From positions 320,001 to 384,000 of the forward strand of contig CAWCNJ010000008.1 in the NCBI GenBank assembly GCA_963796955.1: 64,000 bases of DNA. The letters are read 5' to 3'. The number at the start of each line of letters is the position of its first letter. The stretch's first letter is position 1. This document shows, piece by piece, positions 1 through 11,400 of the stretch. The position numbers were made by a program, and so were the translations under genes. This DNA comes from Endomicrobiales bacterium (GTDB lineage Bacteria; Elusimicrobiota; Endomicrobiia; Endomicrobiales; JALOBY01). The notes below the pieces were generated by a model. It was not told the DNA's origin. It did not search any database and was given only the letters and a program-made list of their open reading frames with translations.

Positions 1-1
1 C

Positions 2-3000
2 TGGCAGCCGGTAACGGCAGGTCCCGCGGGTCTTGCAGGTTATGAAATATATCTATCGACCGCCTCTGATTTTTCAGTATTTACGACCTCGGGCTTCACG
101 ACCAACACCAACATAAACCGCACACTGCCGAGCGCCGCCTACTACTGGCAGGTCTACGCGCGGGATAACGCCGGCCTGCGCTCGCCGTCGCTAACCTACA
201 CCGTTGTGATCGACACCATACCGCCCGTCATCGTTAACAACCAATCGGGCGACGACACATGGCGCAATAGCGGCGGCACCAGTTACAACGTCGATTTCTT
301 TGACAGCGGATCCGGGTTGAAGAATATTCAGTACGCGGTCTGGACGTCATCGGATCAAACCAGCGGCCAGCGCCTCGCATGGGCGGACATAGACGCTGTC
401 TCCGGGCAAGCCGCCTACACGCTTAATTGGCAGCTGAACTTTGCGGCGTTGGCGGAGAACGCGACGAACTATGTCTCGGTACGCGCGATCGACCAGCTGC
501 AGCAATACACCACCTACTGGAACGCCTTCTACGTTAAGAAGGACCAGACGATACCGACCGTCACCAACAACGAAGCCGGCGGTGACGCAACATGGCGGAT
601 GGACAACAGCCACGCCTATAACGTTACGTTCGCTGACGGCGGCGGATCGCTGCTCGGCAGCTTTGAGGTACGTATCACGACCGGTGCAAATGCAACGGGA
701 ACGCTGATACAGGATTGGACGGCTTTGCAAACCGGCATTAATGCGGCCAATTATTCTGCGCCCTGGCAGATACCTTCCGGCATATTCAACGCTATGCAAC
801 AGGGCCAAAACTACGTCAGCGTCCGTGTGACCGACACGGCGAGCAATTCAAGAACGATCACCGACGCATTCTATGTCTTGAAAGACACCACGCCGCCCAC
901 ATTTACCAACAACCAGGCCGGTGACACCATCTGGCGCAACAACAGCGCCGGGCTGTACGATGTTGATATGCATGATGTGGGCGCCGGTCTCAGCGGTTTC
1001 GAAGTGCGTGCTTCTTCGGTCACCGATGGCTCAGCCTATCTGACACCGTGGACCGTAGCGGTAACAAGCGCGACGGCGGATTATACAATGAACTGGCCAT
1101 TGCCTGCATTAGTGTGGAACGCGCTTACCACTTCGGTGACGGGATATATTTCGATACGTTCAAGCGATACCGCAGGCAACTACGCACTATTGAATAACGC
1201 TTTCTTCGTTTTGAAAGATACTGTTGTGCCCACGATCAGTAACAACCAGTCGGGGGACAACGTCTGGCGCCGCATCCCGGACGGCTCATACAACATGGAC
1301 TTTGCGGATCTTGGGGGAAGCAGGCTGCAGAAGTTCCAGATCCGTTCTTCAACGGTCGGCTATGGCGCGGTCCCCCTGACATTTGACTGGACGGACGGCG
1401 GCACGAACATTACAGGGTTGTCGGCCTTTTCGACTTTTTACATCCAGCAAACACAATTTGACCTGTTAGCGCCCGGCACGAACTATATTTCAGTAAGGGT
1501 GTATGACATCGCAGGCTCAACGGCTGAAGCGGTGAATGCGTTCTATGTTTTAAAAGACACTCAGGCGCCGACCGGCATCGCGACCGGACCCGCCTTCTAT
1601 AACACGCACACTGTGCCGGTGACCTTAAGCGCCTTTGACAACGGACCTTCCGGCATCAAGTATGTAAAACTTTTCTGGACAACCGATACTGGCTCGCCCT
1701 ATACCTGGAACCAGTTCGGCTCCACCTTTACGTCAATCCCCATTAATTTCACCGTCGCTGCTGACGGGACCTACGGCTTCAGGGTCGTCGCGTTTGACAA
1801 CGCCATGAACAGCGATGAAACCGACCCGCCGCCGGTTACTCTTGCGCCTGAAACCGGCACACTGGTCTCATCACAGGGGCCGACGATAGTAAAGAACGTA
1901 AGCGGCGACTCGACGTGGCGAAGCGCGAGCGGAACACTGTACAATATCGACTTCGTAGACCCTGTCTCACTGATAGACACGGCGCAGTATGTTGTCTGGA
2001 CCGGCCCCGCCAACACCGGCACGAAGGTAAAAGATTGGACGAACATAACCGCCTCAACCCGCGTTGCCTCCTATGTTCAGGATTGGCCGGTCGATTTTAC
2101 CGCGCTGATAAGCTCGGTCAACTACGTTTCCGTTCGGGCCTGGAATATGGCCGGCACTACCACAACAGTGGTTGATGCTTTCTACATCTTAAAAGACACC
2201 ACACCGCCATCCGTCTCGGGCCTGCCATCCGGCGACTCAAAATGGCGCAGCGCCCAGGTAAGTTACCCGCTTACCCTTGCGGATAACGGCTCGTTGCTAT
2301 CCAACGCTCAGTATGCCGTCTTCAGCCTGCCGGTGTTCGGCGGCAGCTCGATCATCCCCTGGACTGCATTCGCCTCCGGCATTTCGTCATCCTCCTACAG
2401 CACGCCGCTCAGCCTGGATTTCGCCTCACTGCCTCAGGCCGCCACGAACTATGTTTCGTTAAAGGTAACAGATATCGCCGGTAACATTACGATCGTTACA
2501 GACGCCTTCTATGTGTTAAAGGACACGACGCCTCCTTCAGTGGTCAACAACCAGGCAGGCGATAACACCTGGCGCAATACGTCCGGCACGCTCTACGATG
2601 TTGATTTCTTTGATAACGGCGGCTCAAAGATTGACACCCTGCAATACACCGTTTGGACGGCCACCGGCGGGGCAGGTATCCAGACCATACCCTGGACCGC
2701 AATAGCGCTGGGTGTAAATACCACCAGCTACACGAACAACTGGCCCGTTAATTTCAGCGCACTTGCCGACGGCACATCGAACTATGTATCCGTACGTGCC
2801 TGGGACACGGCCGGTTCAACATTTACCGCTTTGGATGTCTTCCACATCTACAAAGATGTCACAGGGCCATCGATCATAAATAACCAATCGGGAGACAATA
2901 CCTGGCGTTCCATCAGTAACGGTTTCTACGACGTGGACTTCCAGGACACCATCGACGGCGTTTCTTCGTTCCAGGTCCGGGTCTGGTCCGGGCCGGGACA

Positions 3001-5467
3001 GACGGGTGCCATGAACTCTGATTGGACGACGGTTGCTCAGAACATAAACAGCTTTGTGTATTCAGCCAACTGGCAACTGCCGTCCGCCGTTTTCAACGCA
3101 ATGGCAACCGGCAAGAACTATGTATCGCTGCGCGCCTTTGATAATTCTTCTAATGAATCCGATCTCATCGACGCTTTTTATGTGTATAAGGACACACTGG
3201 CGCCGACCATAACAGACAATCAGTCCGGCGATTTCACCTGGCGCAATTCAGGCGGTACACTATATAATGTAGACTTCAATGATCCGGACTCGCTGCTGTT
3301 ATCTGCTCAATACTCCGCCTGGAGCGCACCGGGACAAACCGGCACACAAAGCCTTGCCTGGAGCGATATAGCCTCCGGAATTTACGCCGGTACGTATAAT
3401 GCTGACTGGCCGGTGAATTTCGACCTGCTTTCAAGCGGCACGAACTACATCTCTGTACAGGTACGCGACAGCGCCGGGAATGTGACGGTCAGCACCAACG
3501 TTTTCGTTATTTATAAAGACACCGTTGTTCCGGCTGCTATAACAGACTTGGTCCTTTCCGGCGGGGCAGGAACACCTCAGGGGCAGATACGATTGACCTG
3601 GACAGCGCCGGGCGATGACGGAAAAACCGCCGGACCTGCCGTATCCTACGCGGTGCGCTTCGCCACGTTCACTATCAATAACGAAAATGATTACACTGCC
3701 GCGACTGTGTTCGCAAATTCCTGGCTGCCGGGGAACCCGAATGCCATTGAGAACACCCACTCTGTCACGGGCCTTGATACCACCAAAACATACGCGGTCA
3801 GCGTTCGCGCAATAGACAAAGCAGGCAGCCAGGGCTCCTTGTCGAATGCAGGGTCGCTGACAGCACCCGGGCCGGATACCACGCCGCCGGGAATAATTAC
3901 AAACCTTAGCGCAACAGCCGGCGGCTTTGGCGGCCAGATACGCCTTACTTGGACGGCGCCGGGTAATGACAACTATACCGGTACGGCCGCGTACTATACC
4001 TTGAAATGGTCGCTGACCCCGATACTGTCGATCTCAGACTGGAATGACCTGACGAACACGACAACATATATTCAATCCTGGGTGCCTCAGGCTGGCGGAG
4101 CAACGGAAGATGTGACACTCACAGATACGCAGTGCGGCGGATTCATGGCCGGCACAACCTACTACTTCGCGATCTGCGCTTTTGACGGTGTTAACAACAT
4201 CATTAACGTTTCAAACTCCGCAAGCAGCGCCCCGCAAAACACCGCGGCCAGAAGCGGCATGTACGCCTGGGGCATGGGTGCTAACGCGGCCCCGGACTAT
4301 CGGTTCTGGCAGCCGCCGGCCTGGGGCGCGACAAACGCGGGTGTTGCAGCCATAGCTACGATACGCTGGTCAAAACTCGTCTCGTGCCCACTGGTAAAGA
4401 ACGAGAAACTGCTTGGCCTGGAAACCTACGACGGTACTGGCGAACCGGCGGCTAATTTTTATTTACAACGCTGGGACGGCAGCACGAACCAGTGGTCCGG
4501 CACCGCGCCGTTCGGTAAACAAAACTCGGGCACCGGCAACCTATACTCAACCCGCCGATGCTTTGATATCGCGTATGAACAAAACTCGGGCCGCGCGCTT
4601 ATCGCCTGGTGGGATGCAACAGCAAGCCAGATCCGCTATGAGGTCTGGAGCTCAACCGCACAGGCGATGATCGGCGGTGGCACATTGAATATTCAATCCG
4701 GCGCTTCGGGAACCATTTACTTTATTCGGCTTGAACCACAACCTGAAACCGACCGTATCATGCTTGCGACACTTGACAGCAACTCACGCATTTTTGCCTC
4801 TGTATGGAACGGTCCATTAAATGGGAACACTGGCTGGGACACCACGGTCAGCACTAGAACAGTAACCACTACCGCTTCCGTTAATACCCGTCAGTGTTAT
4901 GATATCGCCTGGGAGGCAGATAGCGGACGGTGTATGGTCTTTTGGGGTCAAGGCACGGCGCTACAGTATGACCTGTGGTCATCAACAATGAGCGAGGCAT
5001 TCCCTACAAAGAACGCCTGGCTAACCCCGGCGGGAGGTAACACAGGGCCCACAGGCGCTTCCCTGCCGGCAACCTTTAACTGGCTAAAGCTTGCCGCCAA
5101 CCCGAATACTACGACCAGCCCCGATGATTCTCGCAATTATATCGCTATGACCAGCGCCGACGGCTCGAACGACTGGAACGTCGCGATCTGGAACGGATCC
5201 ACCTGGAGCGGCGTGCCCGCGGAAGATCCGACCATGGCATCCAGCGCGACAAGATGGACGGATCTTGCGTGGGAAAAAGACACGAACCGCTGCATGTTCG
5301 TAGCCGCCCACACCGCGAGCACCACGATGAGTTATCTGGCATACAGCCAGGCCCAGGGTTGGCATAACCCCGTTAACAATGCAGCCGCAACACCGTTGTC
5401 AGCGCCGAGAGACACCTATGCTTTCAGCGGCGCTATAGCCATTCTGAAAACTGGCCAGCGACCCTGA
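2..5467 (+). CDS. Giant repetitive surface protein, segment 1 (5' end outside window): FN3-like remnant, 9 Ig-like ~113-aa repeats, 2 FN3-like domains, Trp-rich propeller-like domain
   Basis: Frame +2 is open from base 2 (WQPVTAGPAGLAGYEIYLSTASDFSVF...YYWQVYARDNAG), so the ORF-track start at 206 is internal. Repeats DTxPPxxxNNQxGDxxWR...TNYISVRAxDxAG...FYVLK; FN3-type WTAPGDDG and WTAPGNDN motifs. The TGA at 5465 probably results from an indel at AAAA 5447-5450. Confidence 0.9.
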   Translation, partial: WQPVTAGPAGLAGYEIYLSTASDFSVFTTSGFTTNTNINRTLPSAAYYWQVYARDNAGLRSPSLTYTVVIDTIPPVIVNNQSGDDTWRNSGGTSYNVDFFDSGSGLKNIQYAVWTSSDQTSGQRLAWADIDAVSGQAAYTLNWQLNFAALAENATNYVSVRAIDQLQQYTTYWNAFYVKKDQTIPTVTNNEAGGDATWRMDNSHAYNVTFADGGGSLLGSFEVRITTGANATGTLIQDWTALQTGINAANYSAPWQIPSGIFNAMQQGQNYVSVRVTDTASNSRTITDAFYVLKDTTPPTFTNNQAGDTIWRNNSAGLYDVDMHDVGAGLSGFEVRASSVTDGSAYLTPWTVAVTSATADYTMNWPLPALVWNALTTSVTGYISIRSSDTAGNYALLNNAFFVLKDTVVPTISNNQSGDNVWRRIPDGSYNMDFADLGGSRLQKFQIRSSTVGYGAVPLTFDWTDGGTNITGLSAFSTFYIQQTQFDLLAPGTNYISVRVYDIAGSTAEAVNAFYVLKDTQAPTGIATGPAFYNTHTVPVTLSAFDNGPSGIKYVKLFWTTDTGSPYTWNQFGSTFTSIPINFTVAADGTYGFRVVAFDNAMNSDETDPPPVTLAPETGTLVSSQGPTIVKNVSGDSTWRSASGTLYNIDFVDPVSLIDTAQYVVWTGPANTGTKVKDWTNITASTRVASYVQDWPVDFTALISSVNYVSVRAWNMAGTTTTVVDAFYILKDTTPPSVSGLPSGDSKWRSAQVSYPLTLADNGSLLSNAQYAVFSLPVFGGSSIIPWTAFASGISSSSYSTPLSLDFASLPQAATNYVSLKVTDIAGNITIVTDAFYVLKDTTPPSVVNNQAGDNTWRNTSGTLYDVDFFDNGGSKIDTLQYTVWTATGGAGIQTIPWTAIALGVNTTSYTNNWPVNFSALADGTSNYVSVRAWDTAGSTFTALDVFHIYKDVTGPSIINNQSGDNTWRSISNGFYDVDFQDTIDGVSSFQVRVWSGPGQTGAMNSDWTTVAQNINSFVYSANWQLPSAVFNAMATGKNYVSLRAFDNSSNESDLIDAFYVYKDTLAPTITDNQSGDFTWRNSGGTLYNVDFNDPDSLLLSAQYSAWSAPGQTGTQSLAWSDIASGIYAGTYNADWPVNFDLLSSGTNYISVQVRDSAGNVTVSTNVFVIYKDTVVPAAITDLVLSGGAGTPQGQIRLTWTAPGDDGKTAGPAVSYAVRFATFTINNENDYTAATVFANSWLPGNPNAIENTHSVTGLDTTKTYAVSVRAIDKAGSQGSLSNAGSLTAPGPDTTPPGIITNLSATAGGFGGQIRLTWTAPGNDNYTGTAAYYTLKWSLTPILSISDWNDLTNTTTYIQSWVPQAGGATEDVTLTDTQCGGFMAGTTYYFAICAFDGVNNIINVSNSASSAPQNTAARSGMYAWGMGANAAPDYRFWQPPAWGATNAGVAAIATIRWSKLVSCPLVKNEKLLGLETYDGTGEPAANFYLQRWDGSTNQWSGTAPFGKQNSGTGNLYSTRRCFDIAYEQNSGRALIAWWDATASQIRYEVWSSTAQAMIGGGTLNIQSGASGTIYFIRLEPQPETDRIMLATLDSNSRIFASVWNGPLNGNTGWDTTVSTRTVTTTASVNTRQCYDIAWEADSGRCMVFWGQGTALQYDLWSSTMSEAFPTKNAWLTPAGGNTGPTGASLPATFNWLKLAANPNTTTSPDDSRNYIAMTSADGSNDWNVAIWNGSTWSGVPAEDPTMASSATRWTDLAWEKDTNRCMFVAAHTASTTMSYLAYSQAQGWHNPVNNAAATPLSAPRDTYAFSGAIAILKTGQRP

Positions 5468-8400
5468 TACCGACCGATTGGTGCTTACGGGCGCGGACGC
5501 GAACTCACAAGTGCATACACGCATCTGGGACGGGCGCAGTGGAGCACCGGCACCGTGCTTGAAACAACTTCCTCCGGCGGCGCCGCCTATGAATCTTTCG
5601 CCTATGATTTTGACAAACAGGATATTATACCGCCGACAATAACCGACCATCAGACTGGCGATAACAAATGGCTGGCAAGCAATACGCATACGTATAACGT
5701 CGATTTTGCCGATGCCGGCGATTCACATTTGAGCTATTATCAAATAAAGATCACGACAGGGCCCGCCCAGACAGGAGCGCTTATTCTCGACTGGACAACG
5801 CAGGCGAATCTCTACCCATCCGACAGTTACACTGCCGACTGGTCAATAGCTAACAGCACCTTCACGGCGATGAGGGAAGGGAAAAACTATGTTTCGGTGC
5901 GTGTCTATGACAACGCGAAGAACCTCGCCTCTCTGAGCGACGCATTCTACGTGCTGAAAGATACGACGCCACCAACGACAACCGTTCTTTTCTCACCGCC
6001 GGATACGACATTCACGAGCAACCAAAACATTACCTTCCAGTGGAACGGCGCGACGGATACGGCATCCGGCATACAAGGCTACGAATTCAATATTTCCACT
6101 GCGCAGAATTTCTCCGTGATCTATTCGTCATCGTATGTTACCGCGAGGGCGGACGCTCTTACGCTCCCATCGCAGGCATATTACTGGCGCGTGCGCGCCC
6201 AGGACAACGCCGACCAATTCGGCGCATTCTCATCCACCTTCTCGGTAACGGTAAGCACGGCCGGGCCTTCAATAATGAACAACCTGACGGGTGGCGATAC
6301 CACATGGCGCAACGCCCCTGTTACTTACAACGTCGATTTCAATGCCTCGCCTTCGAAGCTCGATACAGCGCAGTATACCGTCTGGAGCTCAACCGGACGC
6401 ACCGGGACTCAGCTGATAAATTGGACAACTATTTTTATCAATCTCGGCGCCGCATCATATACCACCGACTGGCCGGTCAATTTCAACCTGCTGCCGAACG
6501 GCACCAGCTATGTATCCGTGCGTGTGTGGGATACCGCCGGCAGCACCAGCTCACTGAATGACGCCTTCTTTATACGAAAGGATAACCAGCCGCCCTCGAT
6601 AGCCAACAATCAGGAAGGGGACCCTGTTTGGCGCGTTGCCGGCGGCACCAGCTACAATGTCGACTTCTTTGATATCGGAGGCTCGCTGCTGGATAAGGCC
6701 CAGTACGCGGTTTACCGTTCAACCGGCATGCAGGGCGCAGCCGTGATCGGGTGGACCGATATCGCCGCCTCGATCTCTTCAGCCGCGTATACCACTGATT
6801 GGCAGGTTAATTTCCCTGCACTGGCATCCGGAATAAACAACGTTTCAGTGCGGGGCATCGACGTTGCCGGCTCATCCACGACGGTTCAGGACGCATTCTA
6901 TATATTAAAGGACACCCAGGCGCCCACCGCCGTTAACAATATACCCGGCGGCCTCGCCTGGAAGGCGGCGAACACGGGCACCTATGACTTTGAGCTCGCC
7001 GATGCCGGTGGTTCTCTATTGGCCCATTTCGAGGTCAGCGCCTGCACAGCCGCCGCGCTGGGCTCGCCGTCATTGTCCGGATGGGTGCCGGTAGCCACCA
7101 ACATCTCGTCAGATTCATTCAAAACACCCTGGCCTCTGCCCCAGGCCGTGTGGGATACGCTTGCACAGACGACAACCAACTATATATCGGTCAGTGCAAC
7201 GGACCTGGCAGGCAACACCACGATATTCGTTGACGCCTTCCAGGTGCTTAAAGATACGATCGCGCCCGTGATAGTTAACAATCAGTCGGGCGATACAACC
7301 TGGCGCGGGAACAGCGGCACACAATACTCCGTCAACTTCTTCGACCTGGGCGGCGCCGGCCTTGACCATATCCAATACGCGGTGTGGGCTTCCAGCAGCC
7401 AGCAGGGTTCGCAAATAATACCGTGGACGGACATAGCGGCTTTGCCTGTCGGCGCGACCAGCTATACAACGCCGTGGCAGCTTAACTTCAGCCTGCTCGG
7501 CAGCGCCACGAATTTCGTTTCTGTTCGCGCCTTTGACCACGCGGGAACCGCCGCAATGCTTACCGACGCATTCTACGTGCTAAAGGATGCCCTGGCGCCG
7601 ACGATCAATAACAATCAGACGGGTGATACTGCCTGGCGCGCCGCCGGCGGCTCTACCTATAATGTTTATTTCAACGACGCGGGCGGTTCGCTGCTTTCAA
7701 CCTTCCAGGTCCGCATCGGCACCACACCGGCGCAGGCGGCGCCATACACGCTTGACTGGACAACGGTCATTTCGAACATGAACACACCGTCATACAGCAC
7801 CCCCTGGCAGCTGCCGGCAGGCGCATTCGATACGCTGCTCAGCGGCGTCACGAATTTCGTATCTGTGCGCACTTGGGATAATGCCGGCAGCACCACAACG
7901 CTTTCTGACGCCTTCTACATTCTAAAAGACACCATAGCGCCGTCCATAAGCATCAATGAGGTCCAGGACGACACCTGGTATGCCAATGATCCCGGAACAC
8001 TGCACGCCGTTTCATTTAGCGACCAGGGCGGCTCAAAGCTTAAGAACCTGCTCTACACGGCGCGCTCATCAACGGGCGGTATCGTCATAGACCTTACCGC
8101 GATCGCCTTGAGCGTGAACGCCACCGGCTATCAAACCCCCTGGAACGTAAATTTCAGCCGTATGGCGCCGGGCTATAACTACATTTCTCTTCAGGCCGAT
8201 GACCTGGCGGGGAATACGACGTATTACGCGAACGCTTTCTATGTGAAAAAAGATACCGCCGCTCCGTCGATAATCGTTGACCCGGCGCTTGCCAACGGTG
8301 ATCTGTCGTGGCAGAACAGCGGCGGCAAAGTTTATAACGTCGATTTCTTTGCGCAGGGAGTATCTAACCTTGACACGATACAATACGCCGTGTACGCCGC

Positions 8401-11400
8401 GCCGAACCGCGGCGGCGCGCCGCTGATAAACTGGACCACCATAGGCATTGCGCCGCTCAACACGCTCTCCTACACCACAGACTGGGCGGTCGCCTTCTCG
8501 CAGCTGGCGGAAGGCGCCACCAACTATGTCTCCGTGCGCTGCTGGAACATAACAGGAACGACAACAACGGTGAACGATGCCTTCAGGATATTCAAGGACG
8601 TTACGAATCCCTCGATAATAGACCCCGTGCCCGGTGACGACACCGTATGGCGCAGCGCCAACAACGGCCTGTACAATATCGACTTTTACGACGCACCGCA
8701 GTTCGGCTCAAAGCTATCCAATATGCAAACGCTTATAAGCACCGCCGCTTACCAGAGCGGTACTGTTCTTCAGGATTGGTATACCCAGAGCCTGAGACTA
8801 AACACAACCTCGTACGCGGCCGACTGGCCACTGGACCAGGTTTCGTTCAACGCAATGCGTGAAGGCGCTAATTATGTATCGGTACGCGCTTTTGACAACG
8901 CGGGCAACTCATATGAGCTCACCGACGCATTCTTTGTGCTTAAAGACACTGAAGCGCCTGTTGTAACCAATGCTCAAAGCGGCGACAATACGTGGCGCAG
9001 CGCCAACGCCGGGACCTACGCCGTATCGTTCTACGACCTTCCGGAACATAATGGCTCACAACTTTCACGCTTCCAGGTCCGGGCCTCTACCGTTGCTTTT
9101 GGCGCAGCGCCGCTTGTCTTCGACTGGTCCGACAACACGCTTGCGATAAACAGCACGTACTATGTAACGCCCTGGCAGCTCAACAGCACGCTGTGGAACC
9201 TGCTGCCGAGCGGGACCTCGTATATCTCTGTGCGGGCGCAGGACAACGCATTACAGTACTCAACGCCGGTAAACGCTTTCTATATAATGAAAGATACTAT
9301 CGCCCCGACGATTACGGACAACCAGAGCGGCGATTATACCTGGCGCGTCACAAGCGCCACCGTGTACGACGTAGATTTCCAAGACCTGCATTCGCAGCTG
9401 GCGGCAGCCCAGTGGACTTCCTATACATCCGCAGGCCTTGGCGGCACACAGAGCGCGCCGTGGAGTGATATTTCCATTGGCGGGCCAACGCCGTCATTTA
9501 CCGCGAACTGGGCACTCGGTTCCGCAGGCTGGAACCTGCTCGCCGCCGGCACCAACTACATCTCGGTTCGCGCCTGGGACGTAGCCGGCACGACCGCGAC
9601 TAGGACAGATGCCTTTGTAGTCCTTAAAGACACTTCGGGACCCGACATAATCAACAGCCAGACCGGCTACGACAGCTGGCTTAACGCAAATCCAGGCGCA
9701 TTGTGGAATGTTAATTTCCGCGACACCCTGAGCATGCTCTCAACAGCACAATACCGGATAAGCGCTTCGACCATGCTCAGCAGCCCGCTCACCGGTTGGA
9801 CAACGATCTACACCTATACTCCGGGGCAGGCGGTCTACAACTCGGCCTGGGCTATCACCCAGGCGGACTGGGCGCTGATGCCGCAGGGGACCAGCTATGT
9901 GACGGTACGCGCCTTTGATAACCTAAGCAATGCAACGACCGGCTACGACGTTTTCTATGTACGAAAAGACACAACCGCCCCCAATGTGGTGGATGCGCAG
10001 CCCGCTATCACGGCGCTTACCCCGGCAGACCTCAGCGCCTTGAATGTCAGCGTCTACGACTCGGGCTTCTCGGGTTTTGCCGGCATCCAATACACCGTTC
10101 GCCCCTCAAGCGGTCTGCCCGGAAGCTATATCATTAATTGGACCACGCTGCCCTCGGTAACCGTGGGCGCCACCTGGTACGCCGCTCCCTGGACCATAGA
10201 AACGCAATTCTCAACTTTGCCGAACGGCGCTTCGTCGTATTTGTCGCTGCGCGCGACCGACCTTGCCGGCAACACAACGACGTTCGCAGACGCCGTCGTG
10301 ATCTATAAGAACGCGACCGGCCCGTCAATAATAAGTAACCAGCCCGGTGACAACACCTGGAGGGACAGCGTGGCGGGCGTAACCTACAACGTCGATTTCC
10401 AGTCCAACTCCGGCAACAACCTGAGCTACTTTGAAGTGCGTATCTGTACCGGCACCGGCCAGGCGTCAGACAAGATCGTCGCGGATTGGTTCACGATCAC
10501 TCAGAATATCAACAACGTGCTCTATACCGCCGATTGGGCTATCCCGGTATCGACATTCAATGTTCTGCCGCAGGGGAAGAATTATATTTCAATACGCGTT
10601 CACGACACCGGCGGCGCGGTAACAACGATGTTGGACGTCTTCTATATTAAGAAGGACACGGCGGCGCCTGTTATTACGGACCTGCAGGCGGCACCGACAA
10701 GCTACTACACTTCCGGCCAGTTGTTCGACGTTGACTTTAACGACCAGGGCGCTGGCCTGAGCAGCGCGCAGTACCTGATATCGACCTCATCAACGAACAT
10801 AGCGGGAACCGCCATCGGCGGGTGGACAAACATATTCTCGGGAGCTCCCGTCGCTTCCTTCACCACGAATTGGCCGATCTCCAATGACCTCCTGTTGCAG
10901 GAATGGACGACCAACTATATTTCAGTGAGAGCTTTTGACGCCCTTAACCATTGCACGACAACCTACGCGGCCTTCGCGGTGTGGAAAGATACAACCGCGC
11001 CGAGCGTGCCGGTGCTGTCTGCGCCGCTCGACAACCTCACGACAAGCTACGCTAACCAAAGCTTTGGCTGGTCGGCATCCTCCGACCTGCGCTCCGGCTT
11101 AGCCGGCTATGAATTCATTATTTCAACGGACCCCGCTTTCGCCGTCTACACAGCCTCCTCTACACTGTCCGCGACGACGTTCGGCCTGACACTGAATTCC
11201 GGACAGTATTATTGGAAAGTTCGCGCCTATGACGTTGCCGGTAACCGCTCGCTATATAGTCCGTCCAATTCATTGCTTATCGCGACGGCTCTGCCGGTGA
11301 TCACCAATAACCAGACGGGCAGCACCACGTGGTACGGCGCCGATCCGGGTGCTATCTGGAACATAACGTTCGCCGACCTTGGGTCCGGGCTGACAACCGC

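Noticed and set aside
5465..5467. TGA read-through, selenocysteine or alternative genetic code joining ORF1 and ORF2
   Set aside because: TGA is the normal stop of many genes here (porV-like, wzy, wzx, rex), and the +3 frame rather than the read-through frame matches the paralogous domain.
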